Below, in pieces: positions 36,017-37,240 of a DNA stretch of 37,240 nt. The notes under the pieces are model-generated. The model was not told the DNA's origin. It did not search any database and saw only the letters and a list, made by a program, of their open reading frames with translations. Position 1 is the stretch's first letter. Each line of letters opens with the position of its first letter. Location of the stretch: NCBI GenBank assembly GCA_009691815.1, contig SIAL01000001.1, positions 1 to 37,240 of the forward strand, in the 5' to 3' direction. The DNA is from Gemmataceae bacterium (GTDB lineage: Bacteria; Planctomycetota; Planctomycetia; Gemmatales; Gemmataceae). A program made the position numbers and the translations under genes.

Positions 36017-37240
36017 ATGACCGATTCCTTTCCCAGACGCCGTTCACTCACCCATGTGGGGGGTGCCATTGAAACGGCAGGGGACGCCGCCGATGCCAAG
36101 GCCTTGGCCCACGCCATGGATGTCAATCCCTCCAACGAGGGTGACTCTGGTTCCAACGACAATGCAACTCGCAACCATGTCCACGGTTTCCACACCTATC
36201 CCGCCCGAATGCACCCGGTTACCGCTTCTCGGTTGGTGGAAGCTTTTTGCCCCCTAGGCGGCCGGATCCTTGACCCCTTTTGCGGGTCGGGTACGGTTCT
36301 GGTGGAGGCAATGATTCAGGGGCGCACCGCCTTTGGGGTCGATCTTAATCCCTTGGCGGTGCTGTTGTCCTCGTGCAAAACCAAAAACCGGGATCCGGAA
36401 CATTTGTCGGAAATGGTCGCCGAGGCTGCACAATGCGCCGCAATTGCCGATGAACGCCGCAAGGCTCGCACCAAGCCTTCCCGCCGCTATCCCCGGCTGG
36501 ATGCCGAGCTATTCGAACCCCATGTCCTCATGGAACTGGATTCGCTCCGTCACGCCATCCATGAACGACGAAAAACCCCTGTGGGGCCAGATTTGGCTCT
36601 GGTATTATCCTCCCTTTTGATCAAATGTTCCAACAGGGTGGGGGATACATCGAACAACACCACCCCCCGTAAACTGGCCCCCGGGTTTCCCGCGAAAATC
36701 TTTGTCCAAAAGGCCGAAGAATGGGCCTTGCGGTTGGCCGATTTTGCCTCCTTGTTGCCGGGTGACCCTGTACCCGAGGCCACCGTCCTCCAAGGGGATG
36801 CCACCAAACTTGCAATGCTCGATTTAGACCCCGTGAATGCTATTGTTACCTCGCCCCCTTATGCGGCCACCTATGACTATTTTGAACATCATGATGTCCG
36901 GCTCCGGTGGTTGGGAATGGATGCGATTTCTTTCCAAAGAGGCGAATTGGGATCTCGAACGACCTATCAAAAACTCTATCCCAACTCTGCCAAACGCCTT
37001 TGGTCCGAGGAGCTTGGTCAATTCCTTGTTTCTGCGGGGGGTTTGTTGAAAAAAGGCGGGGCCTTGGTGATGGTTCTTGCCGATTCTTCGGTGGGTAATA
37101 TCGCTCTTCGTGCGGATGAAATCGTGGCGGAAATCGCACGAGACTGCGGTTTCCTTCCCACCGCCAAGGCCTCTCAGGCAAGGCCCCATTTTCATGGACC
37201 GGGGCAAGAGGCTTTTTTCAAACGACCTCGGGCGGAACAT
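36017..37240 (+). CDS. Putative DNA (N4-cytosine or N6-adenine) methyltransferase, 3'-truncated by the window edge
   Basis: My own translation gives 408 sense codons from ATG 36017 (in-frame TAA at 36002-36004) to the last base of the window. This ORF is not in the supplied track because it has no stop. Motifs: FHTYPARMHP...ILDPFCGSGT (SAM-binding motif I with the HPAxFP-like block) and NAIVTSPPY (catalytic motif IV) about 200 aa later. Confidence 0.7.
   Translation, partial: MTDSFPRRRSLTHVGGAIETAGDAADAKALAHAMDVNPSNEGDSGSNDNATRNHVHGFHTYPARMHPVTASRLVEAFCPLGGRILDPFCGSGTVLVEAMIQGRTAFGVDLNPLAVLLSSCKTKNRDPEHLSEMVAEAAQCAAIADERRKARTKPSRRYPRLDAELFEPHVLMELDSLRHAIHERRKTPVGPDLALVLSSLLIKCSNRVGDTSNNTTPRKLAPGFPAKIFVQKAEEWALRLADFASLLPGDPVPEATVLQGDATKLAMLDLDPVNAIVTSPPYAATYDYFEHHDVRLRWLGMDAISFQRGELGSRTTYQKLYPNSAKRLWSEELGQFLVSAGGLLKKGGALVMVLADSSVGNIALRADEIVAEIARDCGFLPTAKASQARPHFHGPGQEAFFKRPRAEH

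Noticed and set aside
36054-37240. ORF-track entries in the last 1.2 kb: 36054-36257, 36333-36620, 36550-36815 (minus set), 36824-37240 (-), 36846-37181 (-).
   Set aside because: All are off-frame or antisense to the continuous 408-codon frame from 36017, which carries methyltransferase motifs I and IV. The 138-aa minus ORF merely starts at a chance CAT at the window edge.
1-37240. tRNA, rRNA, CRISPR, IS elements, toxin-antitoxin pairs, reverse transcriptases.
   Set aside because: The intergenic regions are short (mostly under 130 nt) and show no T-loop-like GGTTCGAAT, no repeat-spacer periodicity and no terminal inverted repeats. No ORF carries transposase/integrase DDE, Tyr-recombinase or YxDD motifs that I could recognise.

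Overview
This is a 37.2-kb, gene-dense chromosomal segment with about 30 CDS, roughly 90% coding, mostly on the minus strand. It looks Planctomycetota/PVC-like. The basis is a PVC-type heme-binding CxxCH protein with HEAT repeats, signal-peptide ThuA-like, FG-GAP and EF-hand proteins, and two groEL copies. Recognisable genes are: purE and purK (34 kb apart), a D-2-hydroxyacid dehydrogenase, a long DHPS-like protein translationally coupled to pabB, a class I aminotransferase, an ornithine cyclodeaminase/mu-crystallin protein, dnaJ-grpE (no dnaK), groES-groEL plus a separately terminated second groEL, YacG-like and FmdB-like zinc ribbons, BI-1/YccA, and a UPF0173 hydrolase. I saw no rRNA, tRNA, CRISPR array, transposase or integrase. 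The best candidate for an undescribed system is a co-directional minus-strand module at 15671-25388. It holds a 1113-aa polytopic ORF with no motif I recognise, two tandem paralogous membrane-fused spermidine-synthase-like proteins (813 and 1018 aa), and a 238-aa secreted protein. Three secondary candidates follow. (1) A translationally coupled set at 535-2854 (anchored small protein, HTTM-like membrane protein, dehydrogenase) sits directly upstream of purE. (2) The DHPS-like/pabB pair may be methanopterin-type or atypical pterin chemistry. (3) An open-ended 408-codon ORF at the 3' edge (36017-37240, +) is absent from the supplied ORF track and carries DNA-methyltransferase motifs in permuted order. 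All homology statements come from motif recognition by eye; no database search was run.
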